DNA from: a virus | Taxonomy: Duplodnaviria > Heunggongvirae > Uroviricota > Caudoviricetes > Crassvirales | Length of the DNA: 64,000 nucleotides | Reading direction: 5' to 3' (one strand) | IMG/VR virus record: IMGVR_UViG_3300029521_000003 | Shown: positions 44,120-55,083 of the stretch, one piece after another | Position numbering within the stretch: position 1 is the first letter of the stretch | How the letters are laid out: the number at the start of each line of letters is the position of its first letter | Program-made: the position numbers and the translations under genes | Notes under the pieces: model-generated | The model's database searches: none | What the model was told of the DNA's origin: nothing | Seen by the model: only the letters and a program-made list of their open reading frames with translations

Positions 44120-47100
44120 CTATGAACATCTGATAGCTTGTTCTCTTTCCTCTTGTGAGATAGAGTTCCACATTTCTTCTGTCCATCCTTTCTTTTCAAG
44201 TGCTTCCCTTGTCTCAGTCTCAATACTACTGAAATCCATTGAGGATTGTACTCCCTCCTGATTTCTCATCTCTTGAAGAGATGGTACTTTATAGGTTATG
44301 TTGGAGTAATGTCCTTCATTAATATTCCTGTAATATTCAGTAAGAGAGGGTCTTAGACTGTTCCAATTAGTTACCTTAGCAAACAATTCCTTGAAGAAAT
44401 TTATTATCTTAGTACCTAATGATTGAGTGTCTTGAGACATCACATATTCCCTGAAACCTTCTGCCATAGCTTCTTCAAGTTGTGAGTTACTTAAGTTTCC
44501 ATAAGTTTTCTTAGCCTCTTGAAGTAATTCATCTCTAAGTGTAGGTTCTGTGAGTAAGTGGAATACTGCATGAAATGCTTCATGATATGTAGTCCCTTCG
44601 GCAGCTATATCACTTAAAGTAATAATACCATCACTAAATTGACCCCATGCTAATGCACCAGTCTTTGCTACTTTGATAAGACCATTAGTAACTACTACTC
44701 TCTCACTCTCACTTAGTTGAGGTAGAACCTTGTTTAACCAAGCTAACTCCTTATCTTTATCCCATATAGGTCTTGATAAATCATCAACTTGTCTTAACTC
44801 AAACACATCTTCAAATTCTTCATCAACCTGATTAATAGCCTGCTCTTTAGCTACTGTAGCTTGAGCACCACTTGTAGTGGCTTGGTTAATAGTGGCAGGA
44901 ATAATAGGCTTCTCAATCTTGACTGGTTCAGTGGAAGGATTATAGATAATGGTCTTTTCTTGAGACATATCTATAACTCTCTTAGGATTACCCTCAAGAG
45001 CTTTCTTTATACTGGCTTTAGCCTCACTCTCACTATATGAAGTATTAGCTCCTTTCACCATTGGGAATGTAACCCCATTAGGAAATACTGCCAAGAAATC
45101 ATTAGATGCAACATGTGCAGGTTGGTCTCCAAAGCCTTTAGTGATATTAGGAACCTTGGTCATATATACCTCAACTCCATTTACCTTTCCAATAGAACTT
45201 AAATAACCTGTATGCAATTTACCATCTCTTAAGAAGTAACCTACCTTACCATCAGCTAATGTAAATTCAGGTAATACATCATTTATAGGACTCTGTGTTT
45301 CAAGTGTACTATTGAAGATAGGTAAAGAGCTATTAGTATTATTCACTTCTGGAGTAGCTACTGCACCAACTAAAGGAACATTTACAGATGAATCATAGTT
45401 TAATAGAATCCCTTTCTCCTTAGTTACTCTACTGACATTATCCTTGTTGTATTCAAGTACAAAAGGTAATATAGCTAAAGTAGTGATAGGAGTATGATAT
45501 TGAGACTCAAACAAGTTCTTGTAAGCACTCAGTTGTTTAGTATAATATTGCTCCTGACTCATTGTTTGGGTATTAGATTTATTCTTGAAATAATTAACCT
45601 TTCTACCATTCCTATCAATAAAGTCATAGAAGCTATATCTACTTGTCTTGACATCATATATCTTGAAGTTTCCATTAGCATCTACAGAGAGAATATCAAC
45701 CTCACCAGCCACTCTGTTTCCATTCTCAAACTTATTGAAGAGCACTATATTATTAGTAAGGAATGTTTCACCCCTTGCTTCAATATTGCTCTTAATTTCA
45801 GTAAGAGAAGTAACCAAGTCATTAAATGCCTGTTCAGACATATTACTTGGTTTAACTGGCATTTCATTTGATGTGAAGAAGTTTCTGATTATACTATCTA
45901 CAGAAGTGCCTGCTTCTAATGCTCTCTGTGAATTAGTTCCTGACATCTTGTCTCTTACTATATTCACAATAGTATCTCTGCTTCTTGCATCAATCTTACC
46001 CTCAAATGCTGAAAGGTCAACACCATAATGGTTACTTAAGTTCCTAAGATAGTTATTGAATTGTGTTATATTATCTGCATTCTTTGAGAGATTGACTCTT
46101 AAATCCTGTAGAGCTTTAGTCTGTTTAGGAGACTCAACCCAATTACTTCCTAATACTGAATGTACCCTCTTATATTCATGGTACTCACCATCATCTTCAA
46201 GAATATAATAGAATTCTCCATCAGTTCTTGTCTTATCAACCTTAGACTGGTTCTCTGCAATCTGGTCTATAACTTTCTTAGAGTCAGCTACAGTCTTTTT
46301 TCTATCAGCTAATTTCTGTTTGAATTTATCTGATGCAGCACCAATTACATACTGACCTGTATTTCTGTTCAGAACCTTACCATTAGGGAGAAGGGTGATA
46401 CCCCCCATCATCATGGAGCCATTCTGAGCATCCCCATAGTTTTCCTGTATATAAGCCATATCAAGGATAGACTCTGGGAAAGAGTTAAGAGTCCTGCCAT
46501 TATTATCCCTTACAGTATTTGAAGTCAAATCTACATGGTATGTAGTATTATCAAATGAAACTGTAGTTCCAGCAATAGCTCCCTCAGTACCTCCTACAGG
46601 AGTTTGTACTTTTCTACCTTCCTCAGGCTTAACTGATGCAGGGTTTAGAGCTTGTTGGAGATTACCTTGTATATCAAAATAATCAGTTGTAAACCAACTA
46701 CTCTTTACACTGGCATCTACTATATTGGATGTCATTACTCCAGAAGAGAGTAACATGTTATTGTATCCTCCCTTATTAAGCATACCAAGATTGACCTGTA
46801 ATGGAAGATTGAATGCCATTAAAATGTTTTGTATTTCACTGGCTACTTCTGCTGAGTCTCTTGTATCAGGTTGAGTTTTAACACCCTCTCCACCTAATTC
46901 ATAGAGAACATTAGGGTCCCATCTTTCAGTTAAGAATACAGTTCTTGCATCTTCTCTTCTGACTCTCTTACCATCTACTTCATCATAGATTTCATTCTTA
47001 TTGGCATCTCTCTGAACCTTAGTAAACCTGATACCATTACCATTCTTACCTTGAACAAAGTCAATATGAACATCACCAATGTATAGGCTTCTTGCCAAGT

Positions 47101-50100
47101 CTTTTACTGCATTACTAACATCTTCCTCTGTAAAAGCATTAGCTAAAGCATCAATAGACTTCCTTATATTCTTATACAAAGGAGTGGAGTTGATAGTAAC
47201 ATCTTCTGGATTATATTCACTTTCATTGAAGTGCTTAACCCTTACAGCAGCAGGACTATATTTACCAGCAGCATTAGGAATCAGTATGTACATTCTACCT
47301 TCCTTTTGGCTCATATCCATCGGCTTGATGATTAAATCATCACTGATTCTACCATTAGTAGATAGGATACCATTCTTTACAATACCAAAGATGGATTCCT
47401 TAGATACATTAGGAATATCTCCCATGTTTCTTTCTTCTGTACTATAAGGTATTCTACCAACCATCACCTGAGATACTCTTGTAGTAGGAGTAGCTATGAA
47501 CTTCTTATCCTTTCCAGTCTGATTGAACTCAGTTTTCACTCTTTCAATAAGACCTGACAATCCTTCATACCTATCAACTACATACTGACTTTCATCCAAG
47601 GAACCAACTATCTGGTTATTCCTCTTATCTACAATAAAAATTGTATGGTCATTAAATTCAGGGTCAATCATGAAACCAAGTTCATCACCTGCCTTTAGAT
47701 TACCTTCATTTACATAACTGAAAGCTCTATTATCTCTTAGATAGTTGTAAAGTTCATCAAAGTTTAAGTTCTCTTTCTCTGCAACTACTACATTGAAAGG
47801 TCTGAAATCTCCATCCTTACTTGCATTGATATGCAGTTCAGGTATAGTAGGTCTGTAATATTGTCTCTTACTTTTCTGACTACTGTCTAAAGATTGAGGA
47901 GTAGGAGCATTTTCATTGGCTTTCTTATTTTCCTCTGCTACCATTTGAGGAGTAATATTACCTACAGGAGGTTCATAAGTATTAACTGGTCCACTATTAA
48001 CCGGAGGTACAGTAGGAGTACCACTATCTCCAGTTACATCTTTCTCAGTTGTTCCTTTAGTTCCTTCTGTTCTATCAACTGGTTTCAAGTATTCAGCAGG
48101 GAATCTTGCTTTAAACCTTTGGTCATTATTTACTGCACTCATTGCAGACAGAAGACCATATTGAGCCTCAGCAAAATTCATCATATTCACATCATCTGGA
48201 AGATTTTCATCATACAGAGTTTCTGGATTATTAATGAATACTGAGTTAGGATTAGCCATTTCTTCAAGGTTATTAGCATTTTCATGCTGTGCCCTAAGAA
48301 GTTCTTGTGCATTAGCTTTAGCCTCAGGAGAAATAGATTGATTACTGTCTATTGCCCTTGCTACTTCACTATTATACATTTGAACTTCCTTATAGTCCTT
48401 AGCCATCTTGTTTCCTTCATTCTCAAGTTCATCAAGAATCTTTTGTCTCTTGGCTGTATCAGGCTCATTATTCAATGCTTCCCTGAATTTATTAAGGTCT
48501 GTAGCAGCTAATGCTGCATCCTTAGTCTTGGCTATTTCCTGCTTTTCATTCTCACTTATGATATTCTCTCTTTGTCTCTCTTGTTTTTGTGCAAGAGCTT
48601 GAGGATTTCTAAGATAAGTGTCATATTTGTCAATGAAATCACTTCTTCTTTCAAGTATTCTCCTTAAATCATGAAGATTCTCTGATATTCCCTGTGCCTT
48701 AAGAATAGGAAATCTTTCAGATATACTTTCTGATGCCTTTTCCAGAGCTTTAATAAAAGGACCATTGTCCTCTGAATTAAGCACTGAGGATAATTGTTCA
48801 GGACTTAAGTTAAGAAGCATCCTTATGGCACTTGAATCCTTTGTTACAGCTTCTTTTATTATATCTGGAGATTCAGGATTGTATATATCCCTTTCTACAT
48901 CAGCAGCTATAGTTCTTAAAGATTCTTGTACCTTTCCAAATACATCCTTAAATCTATTTTCAAGGTTATCAATATTTGAGAAGTAGTAAGTCATTTCTTC
49001 AAGACCATCTTCATCAAAGTAATCTCCAATCTTAACCTGTAAGTCCTGACTAATCTTTCTATAGTTATCTACAGCTTCCTTAGTCTCTTGAGTCTGCTTT
49101 TGAATCTGCTCAATTACTTCTGCATCAGTCATATTATCATATACTGATGTACCAGTTTCTTGATTAGTAGTAAGCTGTCTTATTTGTTCAACATCTTCTT
49201 CCCTTACATTACCAGCTTCCTCAATTATATCATACAAGTCATTGATTCTTCCTGCTTTATCAAACATGATAATATCACTAATAAGCTGGTTGTGTTCAGC
49301 ATTCTTAAATTCAAAGTTATCATTATTGTCAGCAGCTTCATCCATTTGTCTCTGGTAAGCATTATGTCTGATAGCTGATTGATAATAGTTAAGGAACTCT
49401 GGTGATTGTACTCTATTATTCAGTTGAGTTACAATAGCATCATCTTTTTCATTCCTTTCTCTTATCTCTTGAATATCTTCCTTAATACCTCCTTGTAGAT
49501 ATACTGGAGATTGGAAACCTCCTTCACTATTCTTTACACTTCTAAAGCCTGGAATACCAACTAAACCAGTCAAACCTCCAATGAAACCTTCTTCCCATCC
49601 TTCAACAGTACCATAAGTCTGCCCAATAGCTTTTGCAGTAGCCTGCAACCAGTCAATAGTTTCACTCTCTGCTTCTGGGTCTATCTTGGCTCCATAGAAG
49701 TCATTAAGTTCAGAAGCATATTTATAGCCTGCAACTTTACCAGCTACAGCCTGTCCCATTTCTTCATAAGGACCTTCTGCAACACCCTTACTTGCAATCT
49801 TCAAAGCATTTCTAAGTACAGAAGGCTTGGCTGCACTGTAACTTACAGTACCATCCTCTGCAACTGTTTTTAGTATCTGACTACCTTTTTTAGCTGTATT
49901 ATACCCACCTGCATAGAATTTACCAAACTGCCAAGCATCTGATACAGTAAGTAGTGGAATATTCAGAGCAAAGTCTATATTACCCATCTTAGCCCTATCT
50001 TCTGATAGTTTCTGTAGCCCACCATTGTAATCAAACTTAGCATCTACCCTTGCCTGTAACATAGCTTGTCCTTCTGGAGTGAGAACTTGCTCAAAAGAGT

Positions 50101-51091
50101 TTCCATCAGGAGAAATCTGATACTGTGCAAACTGAGGAAACTCTTTAAGCATAGCCTCCTGCTCTTGTGCTGCCACTTTAGCTTGTGCATCATCAAGTTG
50201 TTGCTTGTGAAGCTCAAACCAATCCTTGCTATTATTTATAGCTTCAATTCTTGCTTCACCTAATGCACCTGAGAAAGCACCAGTAAGTTTAAGAGTAGGC
50301 TCAGCCATCCTAAGTTTCTTAGCATCCCTTGCCAATTCATCAGTAAGCCTTACACCATCAAGGAATAAATCCCCCTCTCTATAAGCCTGTAAAGCTGCAT
50401 TAGGGTTAAGAGCTTCACCACTTGCTGTAACTGCACCTTTGAATGCCTGTCTTGCTTTATTAAGACCAAGTAATCTTGAGGTTGCACCAGCACTAATCTT
50501 ACCAGAATAAGCAGCACCAACAGCAAAACCTAAGTTCTTAAGGAACTTATCTCCAATAAAGTTAGCTGAGAATATATTCTCATACCAAGGGTCATTCTTC
50601 TCTGCATCAGTATAATAATTAGGCAGAACTGATTCTGACCATTCATTAACTTGCTGCATTGCATTTGAGAAAGGATTATCCCAGAAGCCTGAGAATGTTC
50701 CTGTGGCTGCTGCATTACCTAAACCTACTATAGTACCAATGATACCATCAGCAAAGGTAGTACCTGCAAGAACAGCTCCCTTAGCCAAGCCAGCTCCTAT
50801 TTGAGCATACCAAGGCTGTATTTCTCCTCTTGTATTAGCCAAGTTATCAAGTTGGGTCATAGATGTGATGTTTTCATCAAACATACTATCATTGACTCCA
50901 ACAAAACCTACCTCTTGAGGTGTAGCCTTTTTCTGTGCTCTTGCAGCTACTTGCTTATAATCCTCCACACTATTAATCCTTGGAGTGTTTCTTATAAGCC
51001 CTTCTTGCTTTAGTGCATCCAAACTTTTAATACCCCTTAACCCACCTACTCCTTGTGTAGATGGGTCTTGGATTTGTTGATTATTTGCCAT
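44120..51091 (-). CDS. giant virion/tail protein (2323 aa) with C-terminal HExxH zincin-like motif
   Basis: Longest ORF on the - strand. GTTYHEAFHAVFHLL (HExxH) encoded at about nt 44570-44584. N-terminal region Gly/Ala-rich. Confidence 0.55.
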   Translation of the reverse strand: MANNQQIQDPSTQGVGGLRGIKSLDALKQEGLIRNTPRINSVEDYKQVAARAQKKATPQEVGFVGVNDSMFDENITSMTQLDNLANTRGEIQPWYAQIGAGLAKGAVLAGTTFADGIIGTIVGLGNAAATGTFSGFWDNPFSNAMQQVNEWSESVLPNYYTDAEKNDPWYENIFSANFIGDKFLKNLGFAVGAAYSGKISAGATSRLLGLNKARQAFKGAVTASGEALNPNAALQAYREGDLFLDGVRLTDELARDAKKLRMAEPTLKLTGAFSGALGEARIEAINNSKDWFELHKQQLDDAQAKVAAQEQEAMLKEFPQFAQYQISPDGNSFEQVLTPEGQAMLQARVDAKFDYNGGLQKLSEDRAKMGNIDFALNIPLLTVSDAWQFGKFYAGGYNTAKKGSQILKTVAEDGTVSYSAAKPSVLRNALKIASKGVAEGPYEEMGQAVAGKVAGYKYASELNDFYGAKIDPEAESETIDWLQATAKAIGQTYGTVEGWEEGFIGGLTGLVGIPGFRSVKNSEGGFQSPVYLQGGIKEDIQEIRERNEKDDAIVTQLNNRVQSPEFLNYYQSAIRHNAYQRQMDEAADNNDNFEFKNAEHNQLISDIIMFDKAGRINDLYDIIEEAGNVREEDVEQIRQLTTNQETGTSVYDNMTDAEVIEQIQKQTQETKEAVDNYRKISQDLQVKIGDYFDEDGLEEMTYYFSNIDNLENRFKDVFGKVQESLRTIAADVERDIYNPESPDIIKEAVTKDSSAIRMLLNLSPEQLSSVLNSEDNGPFIKALEKASESISERFPILKAQGISENLHDLRRILERRSDFIDKYDTYLRNPQALAQKQERQRENIISENEKQEIAKTKDAALAATDLNKFREALNNEPDTAKRQKILDELENEGNKMAKDYKEVQMYNSEVARAIDSNQSISPEAKANAQELLRAQHENANNLEEMANPNSVFINNPETLYDENLPDDVNMMNFAEAQYGLLSAMSAVNNDQRFKARFPAEYLKPVDRTEGTKGTTEKDVTGDSGTPTVPPVNSGPVNTYEPPVGNITPQMVAEENKKANENAPTPQSLDSSQKSKRQYYRPTIPELHINASKDGDFRPFNVVVAEKENLNFDELYNYLRDNRAFSYVNEGNLKAGDELGFMIDPEFNDHTIFIVDKRNNQIVGSLDESQYVVDRYEGLSGLIERVKTEFNQTGKDKKFIATPTTRVSQVMVGRIPYSTEERNMGDIPNVSKESIFGIVKNGILSTNGRISDDLIIKPMDMSQKEGRMYILIPNAAGKYSPAAVRVKHFNESEYNPEDVTINSTPLYKNIRKSIDALANAFTEEDVSNAVKDLARSLYIGDVHIDFVQGKNGNGIRFTKVQRDANKNEIYDEVDGKRVRREDARTVFLTERWDPNVLYELGGEGVKTQPDTRDSAEVASEIQNILMAFNLPLQVNLGMLNKGGYNNMLLSSGVMTSNIVDASVKSSWFTTDYFDIQGNLQQALNPASVKPEEGRKVQTPVGGTEGAIAGTTVSFDNTTYHVDLTSNTVRDNNGRTLNSFPESILDMAYIQENYGDAQNGSMMMGGITLLPNGKVLNRNTGQYVIGAASDKFKQKLADRKKTVADSKKVIDQIAENQSKVDKTRTDGEFYYILEDDGEYHEYKRVHSVLGSNWVESPKQTKALQDLRVNLSKNADNITQFNNYLRNLSNHYGVDLSAFEGKIDARSRDTIVNIVRDKMSGTNSQRALEAGTSVDSIIRNFFTSNEMPVKPSNMSEQAFNDLVTSLTEIKSNIEARGETFLTNNIVLFNKFENGNRVAGEVDILSVDANGNFKIYDVKTSRYSFYDFIDRNGRKVNYFKNKSNTQTMSQEQYYTKQLSAYKNLFESQYHTPITTLAILPFVLEYNKDNVSRVTKEKGILLNYDSSVNVPLVGAVATPEVNNTNSSLPIFNSTLETQSPINDVLPEFTLADGKVGYFLRDGKLHTGYLSSIGKVNGVEVYMTKVPNITKGFGDQPAHVASNDFLAVFPNGVTFPMVKGANTSYSESEAKASIKKALEGNPKRVIDMSQEKTIIYNPSTEPVKIEKPIIPATINQATTSGAQATVAKEQAINQVDEEFEDVFELRQVDDLSRPIWDKDKELAWLNKVLPQLSESERVVVTNGLIKVAKTGALAWGQFSDGIITLSDIAAEGTTYHEAFHAVFHLLTEPTLRDELLQEAKKTYGNLSNSQLEEAMAEGFREYVMSQDTQSLGTKIINFFKELFAKVTNWNSLRPSLTEYYRNINEGHYSNITYKVPSLQEMRNQEGVQSSMDFSSIETETREALEKKGWTEEMWNSISQEEREQAIRCS

Positions 51092-51097
51092 ATTCTT

Positions 51098-52723
51098 CTA
51101 CTCTAATTTAGAATCTGTATTACTTTGTCTCTTAGCAAGAGTATTGAACTTGCCATAGATATAATTCATCATACTCTCAATTTCCTTTTGAGCTTCTACA
51201 TCATAACCATACTCAAGGTATGTATTGATATTGTGCATTGCATCAGCAACATATCTCTCTTCATTATCAATTAATTCAGGGTCAATAACTGCTGATTTAG
51301 TCTTACCATCTTTAGTAGCATTGATTATAAGTCCTACCTCTGGGTCATAGCTTATATCATTGTCACCAGTAAAGTAATCTGAGATATTCTTTAATTTAAT
51401 AGGGTCTCCCTTCCTATTTTTATCAAGTTCATAAAGACCAGTTGACTCTGTAGCTGCACCTAAGGTTCTTGCATTCTCCTTTATAACTTGAGAGATTAAA
51501 TCACTCTGAGTTATATTAGGTTTATATACAAAACTTCTTACAGCACTACTCCTAATATCAGTTTGTAACTTCTGTTCAAGTTTGTCCATATTACCATCCT
51601 CCATACCATACTTCTTGATTATCTGTTGAAGTCTTTCAGCATGAGGCTTGTATTCTTCATCCTTATAACTTCTGTATTGAAGATTACCTCTTGTACCTAA
51701 TAATCTGTCAGGGTCATGAACACCAACTCTTCTTATAGCCACTTCCTTAACCATTGAAGGATTAGCTCTTAATTGTTGTATGAACTCAAGGTCCTTATTA
51801 AGCTCAGTAGTTTTCTTGTCCCCATCAACTTTAGTTTTAGGTACTGACCTCCATGTTGGTGAAGGAGTTCCTTCTGTCTTACCTTTCTTGAGTTTAGCTA
51901 TCCTTTCTTGCATTGCATAGTCATAAGCCTTGTTAGAAAGAGTTTGATATTGAGTTTCACCTACTGCATTCCATAAACCTTGTCTTGCATAATCATAAGC
52001 TCTATTGAGGATATTTTCATCATTCCAATTCTTGATACCAGAGCTTCCTACTGCATCTTCAACTATGCCTTGTAATATAGGAGAAGCCTCAGGATTATTT
52101 TGTACAGCCTGCATAATCTCCTCAGGTCTGAATCCCTTCTGCATTATAGTTTCGTAGTATTGATTACCTAAGATTGTTCTCCACTTTCTTGGGTTCTCTC
52201 TTACTTCCTTAGCTAAATTCTGTGCAGCAGTACCTACTTGTTTTGCTAAAAGTGCTCCAGAATAGGATTGTGGTGATAGAGCTGGGTTAGATATAAGTTC
52301 ATCTAAGGAAAGTGTTGAAGCAGGTCTATCAAATAATAGTGTACTATCTTGAGCCTGTAATTTCCTTTGTTCATCTATTAACTCTTGTCTCCTCTTATAT
52401 GCCTGTTCTATAGGAATAATCTCAGAGGAATATCTTCTCTTCATATCAATCAATCCTTGCCTACTTGCAGGAGTGAGTCCTTGTTTAGCTAATGACTCAG
52501 CTTGTGCAGCCAAGTCATTAGAATATTGTTTATACATTGCATAAGCCAGTGGGTCTGTCTGTTCATTAGCCATCTTATCAAAGACATCTGCTTTAGTTCC
52601 TAATTCACCCATACTCTCTTGAATAGTATTGTATTCTTGAGTGTATGCTGCCAATGGTTGAAGCATTTCCTGATAAGAGAATGGTCTGAACTTAGCACCA
52701 CTTACAAAACTGAAATTAGCCAT
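51098..52723 (-). CDS. virion structural protein
   Basis: 541 aa, tightly packed between the 769-aa and 2323-aa genes. Confidence 0.5.
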   Translation of the reverse strand: MANFSFVSGAKFRPFSYQEMLQPLAAYTQEYNTIQESMGELGTKADVFDKMANEQTDPLAYAMYKQYSNDLAAQAESLAKQGLTPASRQGLIDMKRRYSSEIIPIEQAYKRRQELIDEQRKLQAQDSTLLFDRPASTLSLDELISNPALSPQSYSGALLAKQVGTAAQNLAKEVRENPRKWRTILGNQYYETIMQKGFRPEEIMQAVQNNPEASPILQGIVEDAVGSSGIKNWNDENILNRAYDYARQGLWNAVGETQYQTLSNKAYDYAMQERIAKLKKGKTEGTPSPTWRSVPKTKVDGDKKTTELNKDLEFIQQLRANPSMVKEVAIRRVGVHDPDRLLGTRGNLQYRSYKDEEYKPHAERLQQIIKKYGMEDGNMDKLEQKLQTDIRSSAVRSFVYKPNITQSDLISQVIKENARTLGAATESTGLYELDKNRKGDPIKLKNISDYFTGDNDISYDPEVGLIINATKDGKTKSAVIDPELIDNEERYVADAMHNINTYLEYGYDVEAQKEIESMMNYIYGKFNTLAKRQSNTDSKLE

Positions 52724-55025
52724 AAGTCAATCCTTTCTTCTTTTTAGTTCTTACTTTACCACCTTTAGCTTTCTTAGTTCCTCCAGTGTATTCTCCTTTA
52801 GTATTCATCTTTAGAACACCTGATTTAGCTAATGTATCAAGCCAATTAGCTTGCTCATTTTCCCATCCCATATCACCTAATCCTTGTAAGAAGTTAGTTA
52901 TATTAGAACTCCTTCTTGCAGTATCTTGGTCTTTAATAGCCTGTCTCATTTGAGCAGCAGTTGTAGCCTGTCCTAATCTTGCTCTCTTAGCTGAATTCTT
53001 AGATTCTGCATTAAACATTGAAGCCTTAAGTCCAGTTTCAGTATTGAACATGTTAGTACCTCTATTAAATGCTTCAACTCTTTCTCTCAACTGTTGGTTA
53101 TATTCTTCTGCTTGTCTTGCTAAATTACCCATATTCTGACCATAGTTATAATCAGCAGCAAGTATTCCAGCCTGAGCATTAAGCCTGTTACCACCTGAGG
53201 TATTCATTAATCCTCTTCTTGTAGCAGCAGCCTGTTGATTCATCTTGTTGATATAGAAATCCCTGTCTAAAGGCTTATATGCAAGATAGTTTCCAATAGG
53301 AGCATAGCCTGCTGTTTCAGCACCTAAATCTACTCCACTGATTAAATCAGCACTATCATAATCTGGCTTACTGAATAAATCACTTAAACTTGCCAGACCT
53401 GAACCTATGATTGGTGCATATCTTGTCCAAGTTTGTCTCTTCCTACTACCCCCACCATTATCTGTATTACCTTCTGGAGCCTCTCCATTCATCATAGCTT
53501 CAAGCTCTTCAACAGTCATTGGATTTTCAAGAGCCAAGCCATAAGAATCAGTATCACCACCATAAGCAAACATACTTGGATATTCATTTCCTTCTCTGTA
53601 TGCTTCTTTTCTCTCCCTTGCTTCTTCTTGGGCAGCAGCTATTCTTTCCATAGCAGCTTGTAATCCAGCCTTACTTAGAGGGTCATTAGGTCTTTCTTCA
53701 CTTTCCCTTTGTGCAGATTTAGCAGCCTTAGCAAAAGTTTTACCTCTTAACTTGTATTCCTTTCTTATATCATCAGGTATCTCCATCCTATCAGAGAATA
53801 CATAATCATCAAATACAATCTCACCCTCTTCAACCAAGTTAGGTTTACCTTGAGGGTCAACTCCTATTTGAATTCCTTGGTAAGGATTTTCTTCATGAGA
53901 ACCTCCTTCATCTATAAATGTAACTCCATTAGTAAAATCTCCACCTTGTGTATTCAACCATCCTCCAAAGGCATTCCAATTTCTTGCATTCTGTGCAAAA
54001 GTAGCTCTCTTTCTTGTAGTAGGATTAGAACTGTTCTTTCCTCTTCTAATACATGCTTCTGTTACTTTACCCCCACAATACTCTGTAAACTTACCTCTGT
54101 TTTTCTTCTTGATATGAATACCACCACCATCCTTAGCTATATTAGCTGCTTGAACAGTCTGTTCTTGTTGCTGCATAATTGGAAGAACTTGATTAAAGCC
54201 ATTTCCCACAACTTCATCAAATAAGTTTCCACCAAATGCAAAGGCATTATAAGTATTCATCTCAGGAAGAGCTTGAAATGAATTAGGGAGAGAGGTCAAT
54301 CTTTGTTTAGCCATTGCACTCATCTCTTGATTATTTAAGTATTTATTAGCAAAGTCATAGCCTATTGCACCTCCACCAAAGTCAAGTGGACCACCATAAG
54401 CAGAGAAGTTTGCTAACATATTAAAGTCATTCTGTGTATCTATGTTATCAGCTCTTGTTTCAAAGGAAGTAAGTGCTCTTTCATTAGCTTCTTTAGCTTG
54501 TTGATTAAGTTTCTTGGCTTTCTTCTTGGCTTTCCTATTACCACCAAGCCATCCACCAATAGCACTACCAAGACCTACTACACCACCTACAATAGCTCCA
54601 ATAGGTCCACCTACAGAAGCTCCAGCAGCAGCTCCCTGACCAGCAGCTCCAATAGTATTAGTAATTCTCTGACCAGTACTTCCACCTCTGACATCTTTCC
54701 ATGAATAGTCATCTTTCACTTTATTCCATGAACCCCATTCACTCATTAAATCATCATTAGATGAAGCACCTACTATCATATTCTTTTGAGCATCATTCTG
54801 AGCTTCAATTCCACTGGTGTCTGCTATTTGTGCATTAGATATACCAGCCTGTGCTATACTACCAACAGCACCACCAATACTTCCTATAGAACTGCCAAGA
54901 TTCTCCCCTTTAAAGGCATTTGAGAATTGTTCTGAGGATTGCTGTCCCCAGCTTTGCTTTGCACCTCCATCCTCAAACATATTAGGAGGCATCTTGCCTC
55001 TTCTCTTAATTTTTTTCTTAGCCAT
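52716..55025 (-). CDS. glycine-rich virion internal/ejection protein with lysine-rich termini
   Basis: 769 aa. N-terminal MAKKKIKRRGK. Gly/Ala hydrophobic stretch GAAGQGAAAGASVGGPIGAIVGGVVGLGSAIGGWLGG. C-terminal GGTKKAKGGKVRTKKKKG. Confidence 0.5.
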   Translation of the reverse strand: MAKKKIKRRGKMPPNMFEDGGAKQSWGQQSSEQFSNAFKGENLGSSIGSIGGAVGSIAQAGISNAQIADTSGIEAQNDAQKNMIVGASSNDDLMSEWGSWNKVKDDYSWKDVRGGSTGQRITNTIGAAGQGAAAGASVGGPIGAIVGGVVGLGSAIGGWLGGNRKAKKKAKKLNQQAKEANERALTSFETRADNIDTQNDFNMLANFSAYGGPLDFGGGAIGYDFANKYLNNQEMSAMAKQRLTSLPNSFQALPEMNTYNAFAFGGNLFDEVVGNGFNQVLPIMQQQEQTVQAANIAKDGGGIHIKKKNRGKFTEYCGGKVTEACIRRGKNSSNPTTRKRATFAQNARNWNAFGGWLNTQGGDFTNGVTFIDEGGSHEENPYQGIQIGVDPQGKPNLVEEGEIVFDDYVFSDRMEIPDDIRKEYKLRGKTFAKAAKSAQRESEERPNDPLSKAGLQAAMERIAAAQEEARERKEAYREGNEYPSMFAYGGDTDSYGLALENPMTVEELEAMMNGEAPEGNTDNGGGSRKRQTWTRYAPIIGSGLASLSDLFSKPDYDSADLISGVDLGAETAGYAPIGNYLAYKPLDRDFYINKMNQQAAATRRGLMNTSGGNRLNAQAGILAADYNYGQNMGNLARQAEEYNQQLRERVEAFNRGTNMFNTETGLKASMFNAESKNSAKRARLGQATTAAQMRQAIKDQDTARRSSNITNFLQGLGDMGWENEQANWLDTLAKSGVLKMNTKGEYTGGTKKAKGGKVRTKKKKGLTYG

Positions 55026-55044
55026 AGTATAATTAATTTTGTTG

Positions 55045-55076
55045 CAAATGTATATAAAGTTATTGAATAAACAAAG
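55045..55076 (-). promoter_or_regulatory. Bacteroidetes sigma-A-type promoter candidate upstream of the 769-aa gene
   Basis: On the - strand: TTTG (55076-55073), 19-nt spacer, TACATTTG (55052-55045, TAnnTTTG), then 20 nt to ATG at 55025. Confidence 0.4.
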
Positions 55077-55083
55077 CCTTTAA

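Noticed and set aside
499-50715. Numerous 60-140-aa ORFs on the opposite strand or in alternative frames inside long genes (e.g. 499-834 -, 3432-4073 -, 10493-10891 -, 22521-22955 -, 45494-46028 +, 47079-48602 +, 53850-54224 +)
   Set aside because: They are embedded antisense within well-supported genes, have low-complexity Ser/Leu/Ile-rich translations typical of AT-rich noise, lack start context, and would break otherwise continuous operon packing.
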